In this document: one piece after another, positions 1-9,989 of the stretch
Position numbering within the stretch: the first letter of the stretch is position 1
How the letters are laid out: each line of letters begins with the position of its first letter
Assembly (NCBI GenBank): GCA_020342155.1
Contig: CP070842.1
Location: 204,183-268,182 of the forward strand
Source: Dehalococcoidales bacterium
GTDB taxonomy: Bacteria; Chloroflexota; Dehalococcoidia; Dehalococcoidales; Fen-1064
Direction of reading: 5' to 3'
Length of the DNA stretch: 64,000 nt
Notes under the pieces: model-generated
Told to the model about the DNA's origin: nothing
The model's input: only the letters and a program-made list of their open reading frames with translations
The model's database searches: none
Position numbers and translations under genes: made by a program

Positions 1-1
1 G

Positions 2-190
2 CTTCTGGAGCGTGCCGGGGTCGGTTACGAGTTTGTGGACGGAGAGGGTAGAGCCCCCCTGAGCCAGATGCTGAGCCTGGTGCTGTTCGGCGACTACGTC
101 AGCTATTACCTGGCAATTCTACACCGCATAGACCCCTCACCGGTCGAAGCAATTAACTACCTCAAAGAGCAGATCTCAAGGCTGAGCTAG
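2..190 (+). CDS. 3' end of a CDS cut by the window edge; tail resembles C-termini of SIS-domain bifunctional phosphoglucose/phosphomannose isomerases
   Basis: Frame 2 is open from the window edge to TAG at 188-190. Tail reads ...LVLFGDYVSYYLAILHRIDPSPVEAINYLKEQISRLS. Family call is from a remembered motif only. Confidence 0.35.
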   Translation, partial: LLERAGVGYEFVDGEGRAPLSQMLSLVLFGDYVSYYLAILHRIDPSPVEAINYLKEQISRLS

Positions 191-212
191 CTCCGTATTT
201 ATCACTAAAGCC

Positions 213-767
213 TTGACAGCCCGCTCAGAGCGGGGGCTATACTTGGTTGACATGACTGCCGTTCTATCCAAGCAGGATATCCTCCAGTTTCTAGAAAACG
301 AGCCGCCACTGATTGAAGGCTACCGTGACCTTGATACCCAGCTCCAGCCCAACGGCATCGACCTCACCGTCCGTGAATTAGCCCTGCCCCAGACGGCGGG
401 CCGGATTATGGTCGATAACAGCCAGAGAATCGTGTCCGACCTGGCCCCGCTGGTATTCAATGGCCTGGGTCTCCTCGACTTGATGCCCGGCCCCTATATC
501 ATCACCTACAATGAGATTGTCAACCTGCCGAACAACATCATGGCGCTGGCCCAGCCTCGTTCCAGCCTGCTACGCAGTGGCGTTACCGTACACGGTGCTG
601 TCTGGGACGCCGGCTACTCAGGCCGCTCACAGTCGCTGATGGTAGTGCATAACCCGCGGGGATTCCGGCTCCAGAGGGATGCGGCCGTCGTGCAACTGGT
701 CTTCATGCGTCTTACTGGGGAAACAGAGGGCTACTCCGGTACCTACCAGGGGGAGAATATCGACTAA
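213..767 (+). CDS. dCTP deaminase/dUTPase-family protein (trimeric dUTPase fold)
   Basis: 184-aa ORF with LQPNGIDLTV...SSLLRSGV...GYSG pattern typical of Dcd/archaeal-type Dut. Start could instead be ATG at 252. Confidence 0.6.
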   Translation: MTARSERGLYLVDMTAVLSKQDILQFLENEPPLIEGYRDLDTQLQPNGIDLTVRELALPQTAGRIMVDNSQRIVSDLAPLVFNGLGLLDLMPGPYIITYNEIVNLPNNIMALAQPRSSLLRSGVTVHGAVWDAGYSGRSQSLMVVHNPRGFRLQRDAAVVQLVFMRLTGETEGYSGTYQGENID

Positions 768-773
768 ATAACC

Positions 774-1247
774 TCAGTCAAGGAAGGTTATCTGGGGTGA
801 CGGCCTCTCCTGTATCTCGACCTCGATGCCAGCTTCACGAAAGAGCTCTTTGAAAGCTTCATCGCGGTAGTTGCCGAAGGTAACGAAGCGTTTTATCTGT
901 GCGTTCGTCAGCATCTTGGCACAGAGGACACAGGGTGTGTGCGTGCAGTAGATGGTGCAACCCTCAAGGTTGATGCCGTGCAGGGCTGCCTGGATGATGA
1001 CGTTCTGCTCGGCATGAATCGCCCGGCATATTTCTTGCCTCTCACCGGAGGGAATCCCCTGCTCATCCCGGAGACAACCCAGAGCAAGGCAGTCCTTAAG
1101 CCCGGCGGCCGCGCCGTTGTAGCCGGTAGTCAGGATGTGTTTGTCCCTGACGGCGATAGCCCCCATGTGGTGCCGGTGGCAGGTAGAACGCTCCGCCACC
1201 ACCGAGGCTATCTTGAGGAAATAGTTATCGAGGCTCAGTCGTTCCAA
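774..1247 (-). CDS. deoxycytidylate (dCMP) deaminase, zinc-dependent
   Basis: HAEQN and PCVLCAKM (H-A-E ... P-C-x-x-C) zinc-binding motifs; 157 aa. Confidence 0.8.
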   Translation of the reverse strand: MERLSLDNYFLKIASVVAERSTCHRHHMGAIAVRDKHILTTGYNGAAAGLKDCLALGCLRDEQGIPSGERQEICRAIHAEQNVIIQAALHGINLEGCTIYCTHTPCVLCAKMLTNAQIKRFVTFGNYRDEAFKELFREAGIEVEIQERPSPQITFLD

Positions 1248-1250
1248 GGT

Positions 1251-1802
1251 TCACCGTATCCTGGCGATAGTCTGTTTGGTCTGCTCTCTAAGGTCTTCCA
1301 CGGAGGACTCATTAACGATAAAGTAGTCGGCCATGGCAATGGGACCACCCTTGTGGCTATTCTCTATCTCAGCTTTGTCCCGTTCAGTCGTAGTTGCTGG
1401 GATCAAAGGACGATTACGCCGTCCGTTGAGCCGAGCGTACCTCGACGCCGGGGAGGAACAGACAGCTACCAAACACAGGTTATCACCGTAGTATTCCTTT
1501 AGGAGGGTATACTCCTCCCATGAGTAAAGACCATCAATCACTACATCCGCGTTCGCCAGGGCAGCATCAATCCGGGGCAGGTTCAGCTTAGCATAAGCCG
1601 CCATACCACGCTCCTGTCGGAGTAGCTCCCGGACACGGCGTTCGTTTTCCTCGTTCAGCTCCTGGCCCCGTTTCTTAAGCTCCTCATCAGTGACATCGCC
1701 GAACCTTATCCGAGTAAAGCCGGCCTTCTCAAAAAGTCGGGACACTTCTGACTTACCAGCACCAGCCATGCCAACAATCGCAACTACTTTCATAAGACCC
1801 AA
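1251..1802 (-). CDS. P-loop nucleotide kinase (dephospho-CoA-kinase-like/UPF0200-like)
   Basis: N-terminal Walker A VAIVGMAGAGKSEV. Size 183 aa. Separated by 3 nt from the dCMP deaminase gene. Confidence 0.5.
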   Translation of the reverse strand: MGLMKVVAIVGMAGAGKSEVSRLFEKAGFTRIRFGDVTDEELKKRGQELNEENERRVRELLRQERGMAAYAKLNLPRIDAALANADVVIDGLYSWEEYTLLKEYYGDNLCLVAVCSSPASRYARLNGRRNRPLIPATTTERDKAEIENSHKGGPIAMADYFIVNESSVEDLREQTKQTIARIR

Positions 1803-1848
1803 TTATAGAGAAACTGACTGTTAATGGCAAAAGTGGTAAAAATCCGCA

Positions 1849-2613
1849 TCAAACGGTAAGTCGCCGACGCATTAAGACCAGTGACAACCAGAAAAAGAAA
1901 ATTGTAACCAGTAGTATGTAACCGGCGGCAACAACATGAATAAAATGAAACTCACCCTCGAAGAGTGCCCTGGTCAGGTGGACGACCGGTGTCAGCGGCG
2001 CAATCCAGCTGAGGTTCTGCACTAATTGGGGAAATTCCGTTAAGGGGAAGAAGACACCGCTGAGAAAGAACATCGGTGTGACGAACAGGGTAAAGACGTG
2101 GTTGAAGGTATAGAACGAAGGCGCCAGCGATGTAAAGAAGATGGCAATAGAGGAGAACATCACACCATGATAAAGAGAGAGGAACGGCACCAGCACCGTC
2201 CACCACGAATCTACCTGTTGAAAAGCCAGGGCTACCAGCAGAATGGCGCTACCGGTCATCAGTGACCGCGTCGCTCCCCAGAATATCTCCCCGGCAATAA
2301 CATCCTCAACACTCAGCGGGGTGGCGATAATGGCATCGAAGGTCTTGCGCTCCTCCATACGGAAAAAGGTGCCGTAGGTGCACTCACCAAAGACGCTGAA
2401 CATGGCATAGCTACAGATAATACCGGGTACGATGAACTCGATATAGTCCTGGCCGTCGACGAGACCGACATAGGCCCCGAGGCCCAATCCCATGGCCACC
2501 AGGACGATTATCGGCTCAATTACCGTCCCCGGTGCCTCCGAGTGCCAGAGTCGCAGGAAGACATCGCGGTTACGCTGCCACATCCTTAAAAAGCGCCAGG
2601 AGAACATCCTCAT
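1849..2613 (-). CDS. ABC-2 type transporter permease
   Basis: 254 aa with about 6 hydrophobic spans. Overlaps the upstream ATPase gene by 4 nt. Confidence 0.7.
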   Translation of the reverse strand: MRMFSWRFLRMWQRNRDVFLRLWHSEAPGTVIEPIIVLVAMGLGLGAYVGLVDGQDYIEFIVPGIICSYAMFSVFGECTYGTFFRMEERKTFDAIIATPLSVEDVIAGEIFWGATRSLMTGSAILLVALAFQQVDSWWTVLVPFLSLYHGVMFSSIAIFFTSLAPSFYTFNHVFTLFVTPMFFLSGVFFPLTEFPQLVQNLSWIAPLTPVVHLTRALFEGEFHFIHVVAAGYILLVTIFFFWLSLVLMRRRLTV

Positions 2614-3533
2614 TCCTCTTCTTCGCCCTCCAATGTCTTCCCGGTCAGGCGGAAGAACACGTCCTCCAGTGTCGCCGGCCTCAACCTTAGCTCCTCGGCG
2701 GTACCTAAAAGCGTAGCTGGTAATTGCTCACGGTTAACGCCCAGTACCTTGACGGTATTTCCCACATCCAAGAAGTCTATCCCGTGTGTGGTAAGCTCCC
2801 GGACAACCCTTTCCCGGTTCGCCGAGGTAACCGCTACCTCCAGCACCGTTTCACCAACATGCCGGGCGATAAGCGCCTGCGGGCTATCCAGGCTCAGTAT
2901 CCGCCCACGGTGCATGACAGCCACACGGTCACAGAGAACCGCCGCCTCCTCCATGTTCTGCGTGCACAGAAGCTGGGTAACCCCCTGTGCCTTAAGTTCG
3001 GTCAACTGCTGCCACACCAGATGCCTGGTCTGCGGGTCAAGGCCGACAGTAGGTTCGTCGAGAATGGCAATGCGGGGCTGGTTGACCAGTCCCCTGGCAA
3101 TCAAGAGGAGACGTCTCATCCCGCCGGACAGTTCCTTGATACGGCCGCTGCTCTTCTCCTCCAGACGGAGGAGACGCAACAGCTCGCAGCCACGAGTGTG
3201 AGCAACCGCCTTCGGGATGCCGAAGTAGCGGGCAAAGGTGGTCAGGTTCTGGAGCACTGTCAGGTCTTCGTCCAGGTTGTCTATCTGCGGCACTATCCCC
3301 AGCATAGCCTTGACCTGGCGCGGGTGACTTCGCAGGTCTATCCCAGCCACCCCGATATCACCGCTGAGCGGTGGTGAAACAGCGGTTATCATACGGATGA
3401 GAGAGGTCTTGCCCGCACCATTCGGGCCGAGCAGGCCAAAACACTCCCCCTCCTCCACCTCCAGGCTGACGTTATCGACCGCCAGCAGGTCTTTGAACTT
3501 CTTGGATAGATTACTGGTAACGATAATAGCCAT
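2610..3533 (-). CDS. ABC transporter ATP-binding protein (DrrA/ABC-2 type)
   Basis: Walker A GPNGAGKTS, signature LSGGMRR, Walker B ILDEPT. Confidence 0.85.
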   Translation of the reverse strand: MAIIVTSNLSKKFKDLLAVDNVSLEVEEGECFGLLGPNGAGKTSLIRMITAVSPPLSGDIGVAGIDLRSHPRQVKAMLGIVPQIDNLDEDLTVLQNLTTFARYFGIPKAVAHTRGCELLRLLRLEEKSSGRIKELSGGMRRLLLIARGLVNQPRIAILDEPTVGLDPQTRHLVWQQLTELKAQGVTQLLCTQNMEEAAVLCDRVAVMHRGRILSLDSPQALIARHVGETVLEVAVTSANRERVVRELTTHGIDFLDVGNTVKVLGVNREQLPATLLGTAEELRLRPATLEDVFFRLTGKTLEGEEEE

Positions 3534-3603
3534 GTGCAGGTTTCCTTAAGGGAAGTCCGACAGAATACGCCAGGCCTAATGCTACCTGATTGAGTATCCG
3601 CCG

Positions 3604-5046
3604 TCAATCAAGGGTGGCCCGGCCCCGGGGAACAGACTCAGGGACGGTCTCCACGACCGGTAGTGCTTCCCAGATGCCACTGCGTTTCTGGTGGCGGTAC
3701 TCGCGGTAAAGCCAGAGTCCCGCAACAATAGCACCACAGCCATCCGAAATCGGGATGGATAGCCAGACACCATCGAGTCCCATGAAATCCGGCAGGATAT
3801 AAAGTGCTGGAATGAAAAATACCAGCTGACGCGCCAGCGAAAGAACAATAGCCGTCCAACCCTTGGACAGTCCCTGGAAGGTGGTAATAAACATGATGGC
3901 CGGGCCAATCAGAATCATGGTCGACAGGAAAATACGCATACCCGGTACGGCAATCCCAAGCAACTCAGGGTCATCGTTGAAGATAGAAATTAACTGTGGG
4001 GTGAAGATTTCCAGGAACACTGTGGCAACACCGAGCATTACGGCCAGACCAAGAGAGGCCAGCCGGACAGCCGCCCACAACCGCTCCCAGAGACGCGCCC
4101 CGAAACAATACCCGACAATCGGTAGCAGACCATGTCCGACTCCGATAATGGGCATGAAGGCGAAGTCGGAAATGCGTATCGCAACTCCCAGGGCGGCTTG
4201 TGCCACCGACCCAAATTCACCGACAATCCGAATGAACAACGTGAAAATAATGGTCTCGGTCAGTTGCATCAGAATCGATGGCAGACCTACCCGGTAGATT
4301 TGCGCAATGACTGAAAAATCAGGTTTGAGGTGGTGTAGCTTTAACCGATAGACGGTTTTCCGCCCTACCAAATAGTAAAAGCTGAGCAGGGCACCGAGTC
4401 CACTGGAAATAGCCGTGGCCAGGCCAGCCCCGCCAACACCCATTTCCGGGAATGGCCCCCAACCAAAGATTAAGAACGGGTCCAGTGCAGCATTAGCGAC
4501 AGCACCAACGATGGTGAAAATCATCGGTTTAACGGCATCACCGGAAGCCTGGAATACATTACGTGTGATTAGCCTAAAGAGGATGAAGGGTGTTCCCCAG
4601 CCGAAGAAAAACAGGTAGTCCGCTACCATGTCCGTAATGTCTTCCCCAGCACCAAGAAGGCCTGCGATTGGCCTGGCAAAGATAGTGCTGGTCAGGACAA
4701 ACAGTACTCCAAAGACAGCGGTCAACAGGAAGACCTGTCCCGCCACCTGGTTGGTCGCCTCGATATTTCTCTCGCCAAAACGCCGGGAGGCCAGAGCATT
4801 GGCACCGACGCCCGTGCCAACGCCAATGGAGATTACCAGTACGTAAAATGGGAAGGTGACTGTTACGGCCGCAATAGCCTGGTAGCTGACCTGACCCAGC
4901 CAGAAGGTATCAGCCAGGTGATAGAGGGAGATAGTCATCATAGAGATGACGCTGGGCGTGCTCAGACGGAGGAGCAGCTTGCCTAGTCGCTCCGTGCCCA
5001 GACGCTCGGTCGTTTCTTGAAGTTCACCCAATTTCTCTGGTTCCAT
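3604..5046 (-). CDS. MATE family efflux transporter
   Basis: 480 aa, about 12 TM segments. N-terminal LLRLSTPSVISMM... pattern is typical of the MATE/NorM family. Confidence 0.75.
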   Translation of the reverse strand: MEPEKLGELQETTERLGTERLGKLLLRLSTPSVISMMTISLYHLADTFWLGQVSYQAIAAVTVTFPFYVLVISIGVGTGVGANALASRRFGERNIEATNQVAGQVFLLTAVFGVLFVLTSTIFARPIAGLLGAGEDITDMVADYLFFFGWGTPFILFRLITRNVFQASGDAVKPMIFTIVGAVANAALDPFLIFGWGPFPEMGVGGAGLATAISSGLGALLSFYYLVGRKTVYRLKLHHLKPDFSVIAQIYRVGLPSILMQLTETIIFTLFIRIVGEFGSVAQAALGVAIRISDFAFMPIIGVGHGLLPIVGYCFGARLWERLWAAVRLASLGLAVMLGVATVFLEIFTPQLISIFNDDPELLGIAVPGMRIFLSTMILIGPAIMFITTFQGLSKGWTAIVLSLARQLVFFIPALYILPDFMGLDGVWLSIPISDGCGAIVAGLWLYREYRHQKRSGIWEALPVVETVPESVPRGRATLD

Positions 5047-5143
5047 CTATCTTAATTAAATATAATTGCCGGGTGACCCTGTCAGGCCGCCCGACATTGT
5101 TCGGGTAAATCATACCAGTTTCGCACTCAACACTCAACCGAAA

Positions 5144-5171
5144 TGAACTCACCAGAGCCCTGTGCTATAAT
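5144..5171 (+). promoter_or_regulatory. putative sigma70-type promoter with extended -10 (TGcTATAAT)
   Basis: TATAAT at 5166-5171 preceded by TGC. Weak -35 TGAACT at 5144-5149 with a 16-nt spacer. Lies 31 nt upstream of the CDS at 5202. Confidence 0.35.
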
Positions 5172-5201
5172 GCGGGCGATACCTATCCGGGTCAAGGGAA
5201 G

Positions 5202-6461
5202 ATGTCCGAGACGGTGAATCTGGCTGATAAGATTAAAGAGTGCCTGCCAGCGGAACTGGTGCGCCTGATAGAGGCAATCGGGGCCATGGCTGCCCATCAG
5301 GACCAGCACCTCTACCTCGTCGGCGGGGCTGTCCGTGACCTGCTGCTGGAACGAGAAACTTTCGACCTCGACCTGGCAGTGGATGGCGACGCAATAACTC
5401 TGGCACAGCTACTGGCCAACATCACCCAGGGCAGGCTCACCGTCCACACCCGCTTCAAGACAGCCAACCTCCGCTGGAAGGAGTGGCGTACCGACCTTAC
5501 CGCCATCCGCTCCGAGACCTATGACCAACCCGGCGCACTACCCCGGGTAAAACCCGGCTCGCTGGCTGGCGACCTCTTTCGCCGCGACTTTACCATCAAC
5601 GCCATGGCGGTTCAACTTAGCCCAGGCCACTATGGTGACCTGGTTGACCTCTACGGCGGTCTTGAAGACCTCGAGCGGGGTTTTATCCGCGTCCTTCACG
5701 AGAAGAGCTTCACTGACGACGCTACCCGCATCTGGCGTGCCCTACGCTACGAGCAGCGACTCGGCTTTCAGATTGAGCCGGAAACGCTGGGGTTGCTCAA
5801 TCGAGACATAGCCATGCTCGATACCATCAGTGGTGACCGGATACGGCATGAGCTGGAGCTGGTCCTTAAAGAGTCGTACCCGGAAAAGGTCTTCCTGCGA
5901 GCGGACGAGCTACAGGTACTGCCCAGGTTACAGCCCGGCCTGAAATGCGATAGTGGGTTGTCAGAGAGATTCGAGCAGGCCCGTCAGATCAGCTCCCCCA
6001 CCCCACCACCATTTAGCCTCTACCTGGCACTGCTGACCTGCAACCTGACCGCTGATCAGGTAGAGCAGCTGATAGTACACCTCAAGTTACCCAGGTCACT
6101 GTCACAGATACTGCGGGATTCCTGTCGGCTCAACACCGAGATAGCATCGCTGGCTACTCCAAGCCTTAAGCCAAGCCGCATCTACGAGGTGCTCCACGGC
6201 TATTCGCCGTCAGCCATCACGGCGACTTCACTGGCAGCCGACTCCCCAGAGGCCAGCCGTAACATTCACCAGTACCTTACCCGGCTCCGTTACATTAAAC
6301 CAGCCCTGACCGGTGAAGACCTAAAAAGCATGGGGCTCGTGCCCGGTTCTCGTATCAGTGAAATTCTGAAGCGACTGCGAGTTGCCAGAATGGATGGAGA
6401 AGTAAGCAACCGGCAGGAGGAGGAAAGGCTGGTCAGGGAATGGCTGCGGAAGGGCGCTTGA
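5202..6461 (+). CDS. tRNA nucleotidyltransferase/poly(A) polymerase family protein (class II, no HD domain)
   Basis: GGAVRDLLL...DLDLAV and RRDFTINAM head-domain motifs. 419 aa with no HD motif. Confidence 0.75.
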   Translation: MSETVNLADKIKECLPAELVRLIEAIGAMAAHQDQHLYLVGGAVRDLLLERETFDLDLAVDGDAITLAQLLANITQGRLTVHTRFKTANLRWKEWRTDLTAIRSETYDQPGALPRVKPGSLAGDLFRRDFTINAMAVQLSPGHYGDLVDLYGGLEDLERGFIRVLHEKSFTDDATRIWRALRYEQRLGFQIEPETLGLLNRDIAMLDTISGDRIRHELELVLKESYPEKVFLRADELQVLPRLQPGLKCDSGLSERFEQARQISSPTPPPFSLYLALLTCNLTADQVEQLIVHLKLPRSLSQILRDSCRLNTEIASLATPSLKPSRIYEVLHGYSPSAITATSLAADSPEASRNIHQYLTRLRYIKPALTGEDLKSMGLVPGSRISEILKRLRVARMDGEVSNRQEEERLVREWLRKGA

Positions 6462-6462
6462 C

Positions 6463-6918
6463 TTGACAACTGGCGTCAAGACACATACGATTTCTTTTGT
6501 GAAAAGTCAAAAAACAATGGTAAAAACGCAGGTTGAGTACAGGGTAAGTCCGCCAGTAACCAACCAGGAATTGAATACCCTGTTTGCCAGCGCCTGGCCC
6601 GATCATAACACATGGGATTTTACTCCCACTCTTGAGATGAGCCTTGGTTATGTATGTGCCTTCCAGGGTGACCGGCTGGTCGGCTTTGTCAATGTCGCCT
6701 GGGATGGTGGCCGGCACGCTTTCCTGCTGGATACTACCGTCCACTCAGATATACAGCGGCACGGGATTGGTCTGGAGCTTGTCCGCAGGGCAGAAAACCT
6801 AGCGCGCGAAGCCGGACTGGAATGGCTGCACGTCGATTACGAGACACATCTGAGCGAATTCTACGAAAAATGTGGCTTCAAGAATACTACCGCAGGTCTG
6901 ATTAAACTCAAGGACTGA
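6463..6918 (+). CDS. GNAT family N-acetyltransferase
   Basis: QRHGIGLELVRRAE acetyl-CoA-binding (R/Q-x-x-G-x-G/A) motif. True start may be ATG at 6517. Confidence 0.65.
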   Translation: MTTGVKTHTISFVKSQKTMVKTQVEYRVSPPVTNQELNTLFASAWPDHNTWDFTPTLEMSLGYVCAFQGDRLVGFVNVAWDGGRHAFLLDTTVHSDIQRHGIGLELVRRAENLAREAGLEWLHVDYETHLSEFYEKCGFKNTTAGLIKLKD

Positions 6919-6928
6919 GAAGGGCAAT

Positions 6929-7630
6929 ATGAAACGTATACTTTTAGTGGCTTTGCTTATCATGCTCGCAGCCTTGACCGGCTGTACTTCGGGGCTGATG
7001 CACGGTGACCGCACCAGCGACGATGCTCACGCGTTCCTGCTCCACATTACACAGGTAATGGACCAGATAGAAACAGACACCCCACCCGAGGATGAGGTCT
7101 TTCTTGTCGTCAAGTACGAGATTGAGAACCTCCGCAACCAGCAGGACTCCCCGCGTCAGTGGACTGACCAGCTCAAGCTCGAAGCCGATGAGGAAATTTA
7201 TGAACCTACCCTGCTCGATTCACTTGTCGACCAGATGTGGGAGACATTGCTGTCTGCCAATGAAGCCATGACAGGCTACATAGTATACACCGTGCCCGAT
7301 GATATCGAGGACTTCAAGCTGACACTCACCTTCCCGGTCTCAGGAAACGAGGAGGTTTATGACTTCCGCCCGGTCGACCGGAGGATCGGTGTGAATGCCG
7401 ACTACGTGCTTACCCGACTGGAGCAAATAGAAAGGACGAAGCGTATTCCTGTGATAGGAGGTCTGCTGGCGTCACTTTCGAGCGCACCGATACGCCACCT
7501 TGGGATAATACTTGTCCCCGAAGAGGAAATTAATGAGCTTCTGGAGGATATCGAAGACCTGTCCGAAGACGCCACGAGAGCCGTTGTGGAAGACTATTTA
7601 GTCACTCACGGGCACGGTCTACTGGAGTAG
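6929..7630 (+). CDS. lipoprotein of unknown function
   Basis: Signal peptide MKRILLVALLIMLAALTGC with lipobox L-T-G-C. Acidic mature part. Confidence 0.6.
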   Translation: MKRILLVALLIMLAALTGCTSGLMHGDRTSDDAHAFLLHITQVMDQIETDTPPEDEVFLVVKYEIENLRNQQDSPRQWTDQLKLEADEEIYEPTLLDSLVDQMWETLLSANEAMTGYIVYTVPDDIEDFKLTLTFPVSGNEEVYDFRPVDRRIGVNADYVLTRLEQIERTKRIPVIGGLLASLSSAPIRHLGIILVPEEEINELLEDIEDLSEDATRAVVEDYLVTHGHGLLE

Positions 7631-7668
7631 GTAAGCAAGAGGCTACCTAAACTAGCTGACCTCAACCC

Positions 7669-8172
7669 TTAGTCCACCCGCTTGAAAGCACTTTTAGGTG
7701 CTCCGCAGATGGGACACGTCTCCGGGGCCTCACCTTCCACGGTATTGCCACAGCCCTGGCAGACGAAATAAGGCTCGTCCTTGGTTGTCTCGCCGGAATC
7801 CAGTACTTTAAGCGCTTCCTGGAATAGGCCGTGGTGAATCTCCTCAACCTTGTTTGCCCAGTCGAACGTAATCTCAGCCCGCTGGTACTGGTCAACTCTA
7901 GCCTGCTCAATAAACCGGGGATACATCGCGGTAAACTCCTGGTGCTCCCCGATAATCCCGGCATTCAGGTTGGCCTTGGTGGAGCCAACACCGTCCATGG
8001 CGTTAAAATGATTGCGGGCGTGGACCGTTTCTGCTTCGGCGGCTGCCCGGAAGAGTCTGGCTATCTGAGGATAGCCTTCTGTATCTGCCTTATTCGCAAA
8101 AAATAAATAGCGTCGGTTGGCTTGGCTCTCTCCGGTAAAGGCTTCCTGCAGGTTATCTTCTGTCTTGGTCAT
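7669..8172 (-). CDS. rbr: rubrerythrin
   Basis: N-terminal ferritin-like di-iron helices (E..H repeats). C-terminal rubredoxin-like CQGCG...CPICG. Confidence 0.85.
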   Translation of the reverse strand: MTKTEDNLQEAFTGESQANRRYLFFANKADTEGYPQIARLFRAAAEAETVHARNHFNAMDGVGSTKANLNAGIIGEHQEFTAMYPRFIEQARVDQYQRAEITFDWANKVEEIHHGLFQEALKVLDSGETTKDEPYFVCQGCGNTVEGEAPETCPICGAPKSAFKRVD

Positions 8173-8241
8173 ACTACCCCCTCCTGCACCTACTCTTTAC
8201 TATCATCTTTGCTATCATCCATCATAGTAGGTCTGGTTAGT

Positions 8242-9108
8242 TTAGTCCAGTTGTTCTCGTTCGGCCAGCGTTTTTACCAGACAGGTCTCCATGCCCTGTT
8301 GCTGCAGACGATGATACAATCCTTCAGCCATCGCCTTATCACCTGCCAAGGTAAACAGGGTTGGTCCCGAGCCGGCCAGGTGGACTCTATCGGCACCAGA
8401 GGTCATCATCTGCTGTCGGTATTCGTATATCTCAGGATAGTTTTTAAAAATGGTGCGCTCAAACACATTGTATAGCATCGCAGGTTCTAACTTGTCACCA
8501 GCTTTGAGTACTGAAACCAGTCTATCCGTACGCTGACCATCCGTATAGTCGCTCTCGTCCAACCCGGCATAAGCCCGCCCCGTTTTTCCCGCCTCCCGGG
8601 GAACTACTGGTACCACCAGAACAACCCACGTCTCCGACAGGCGAGGTAGCGGGGTTATTACCTCACCCCTGCCCTCCATCAGGGCAGTGCCGCCGTGGAG
8701 GAAAAAGGCCACGTCCGACCCCAACTCCGCAGCCAGACCGAGCAGTTTTTCTTGCGACAGGTCTAGCTCCCAGAGCCGGTTCAGCCCGACCAGAACGGCG
8801 GCAGCATCGCTACTATCACCACCGAGGCCGGACATGAGTGGAATATGCTTATCAATCTCAATATTCAATCCAGCGATGCATCCAATGGCATCGCTTAGCA
8901 GACTGGTTGCTTTCGATACCAGGCTCTCCTCGGGGAGCCAGTCCGGCATACTGGAATTAAACACGGTCTGACTGCTCTCCTCAAAACGAAGGGTATCACA
9001 CAAGTCGATAGCCTGGACAACACTGCGGATTTCGTGGTAGCCGTCAGCGCGTTTACCCAGCACCTCCAGCGTCAAATTCAGCTTGGCCGGTGCCTTAACT
9101 GTCAGCAT
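8242..9108 (-). CDS. ispE: 4-diphosphocytidyl-2-C-methyl-D-erythritol kinase
   Basis: MLTVKAPAKLNLTLEV... start and GHMP-kinase motif PLMSGLGGDSSDAAA. ATG at 9108 was chosen; it overlaps the rsmA stop by 7 nt. Confidence 0.85.
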   Translation of the reverse strand: MLTVKAPAKLNLTLEVLGKRADGYHEIRSVVQAIDLCDTLRFEESSQTVFNSSMPDWLPEESLVSKATSLLSDAIGCIAGLNIEIDKHIPLMSGLGGDSSDAAAVLVGLNRLWELDLSQEKLLGLAAELGSDVAFFLHGGTALMEGRGEVITPLPRLSETWVVLVVPVVPREAGKTGRAYAGLDESDYTDGQRTDRLVSVLKAGDKLEPAMLYNVFERTIFKNYPEIYEYRQQMMTSGADRVHLAGSGPTLFTLAGDKAMAEGLYHRLQQQGMETCLVKTLAEREQLD

Positions 9109-9989
9109 TTTACTCCCCCGGATTCGGTAAATACCTCCCACAACCCTGCCCACTCCTCAAGTAACAGGGTCTCGGCTCGACGTCTCGGCTCAATACCCGC
9201 CTTCTCCAGCAGGGACAATACCTCCTCCCGGGACAATCCCAACCCCCGGGCCAGCGAGTTCACCAGTTGCTTGCGGGCAGCGCTGAATCCGGCACGCACC
9301 AGTCCGAAGAAGCCATTAATATTACTAACCGCGACCTTCGGCTGAGGATAAACATCTATCTTGAGCACTGCCGAATCGACCTCCGGTTCAGGGTAGAACG
9401 ACTCTGCCGGCACATGACCCACTATGGTTGGTTCTCCGTAAAATTGTACGCTGACACTGAGCAGACTCATCCGACCAGGCCGGGCGGCAATGGTCTCGGC
9501 AACCTCCTTTTGCACCATGACGACCATAGTCTGTGGCCTGACCGAGGTCTCAAGGAAATGTCGCAACACCGGTGAGGTTATGTAGTAGGGCAGATTGGCC
9601 ACCACCACATATTTGCCTTGACCACCTGACTCCTTAAGCAGGACTGCCGGGTCGAGTTTCAGTATATCCCCGTTGACAACACCGACATTATGTAATAAAG
9701 ATATGCTCTCTTTTAGGGTAGCGGCCAGCCGGTCATCGAGCTCAACAGCAATCACCCGTCCGGCTATTCTTGCCAGTTCTCTAGTCAGGACCCCCAGCCC
9801 CGGCCCCACCTCAATAACAATATCTCTAGAGGTCAGTTCGGCGGTTTCCACGATAAGCCCCAGGACCTTACGGTCAATGAGGAAGTGCTGTCCCAGCCTT
9901 TTCCTGGCATGGAGGCCGTAACGGCGCAGCAACCGCCTTGTCTCTGTTAGGAGTGAAGTAGATTCCAGGTGACTTCTACTACGGGGCAT
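9102..9989 (-). CDS. rsmA: 16S rRNA (adenine1518/1519-N6)-dimethyltransferase
   Basis: LGQHFL..., SAM motif VIEVGPGLG, NLPYYITSP. ATG at 9989 was chosen; it overlaps the upstream stop as TAATG. Confidence 0.85.
   Translation of the reverse strand: MPRSRSHLESTSLLTETRRLLRRYGLHARKRLGQHFLIDRKVLGLIVETAELTSRDIVIEVGPGLGVLTRELARIAGRVIAVELDDRLAATLKESISLLHNVGVVNGDILKLDPAVLLKESGGQGKYVVVANLPYYITSPVLRHFLETSVRPQTMVVMVQKEVAETIAARPGRMSLLSVSVQFYGEPTIVGHVPAESFYPEPEVDSAVLKIDVYPQPKVAVSNINGFFGLVRAGFSAARKQLVNSLARGLGLSREEVLSLLEKAGIEPRRRAETLLLEEWAGLWEVFTESGGVKC

Noticed and set aside
939-1502. Long antisense or alternative-frame ORFs in the track. Examples: 939-1502, 2724-3377, 11609-12304, 12807-13538, 21114-21635, 26818-27354, 41554-42111, 49858-50319, 56124-56669.
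   Set aside because: Each lies entirely within or opposite a gene with clear family motifs. Each has Arg/Ser/Pro-rich shadow-ORF composition typical of GC-rich antisense frames.
4290-4310. ATTTGCGCAAT inside the MATE transporter gene, resembling the palindrome family.
   Set aside because: A single short half-site within coding sequence and without the ACTCAT flank. Likely chance.
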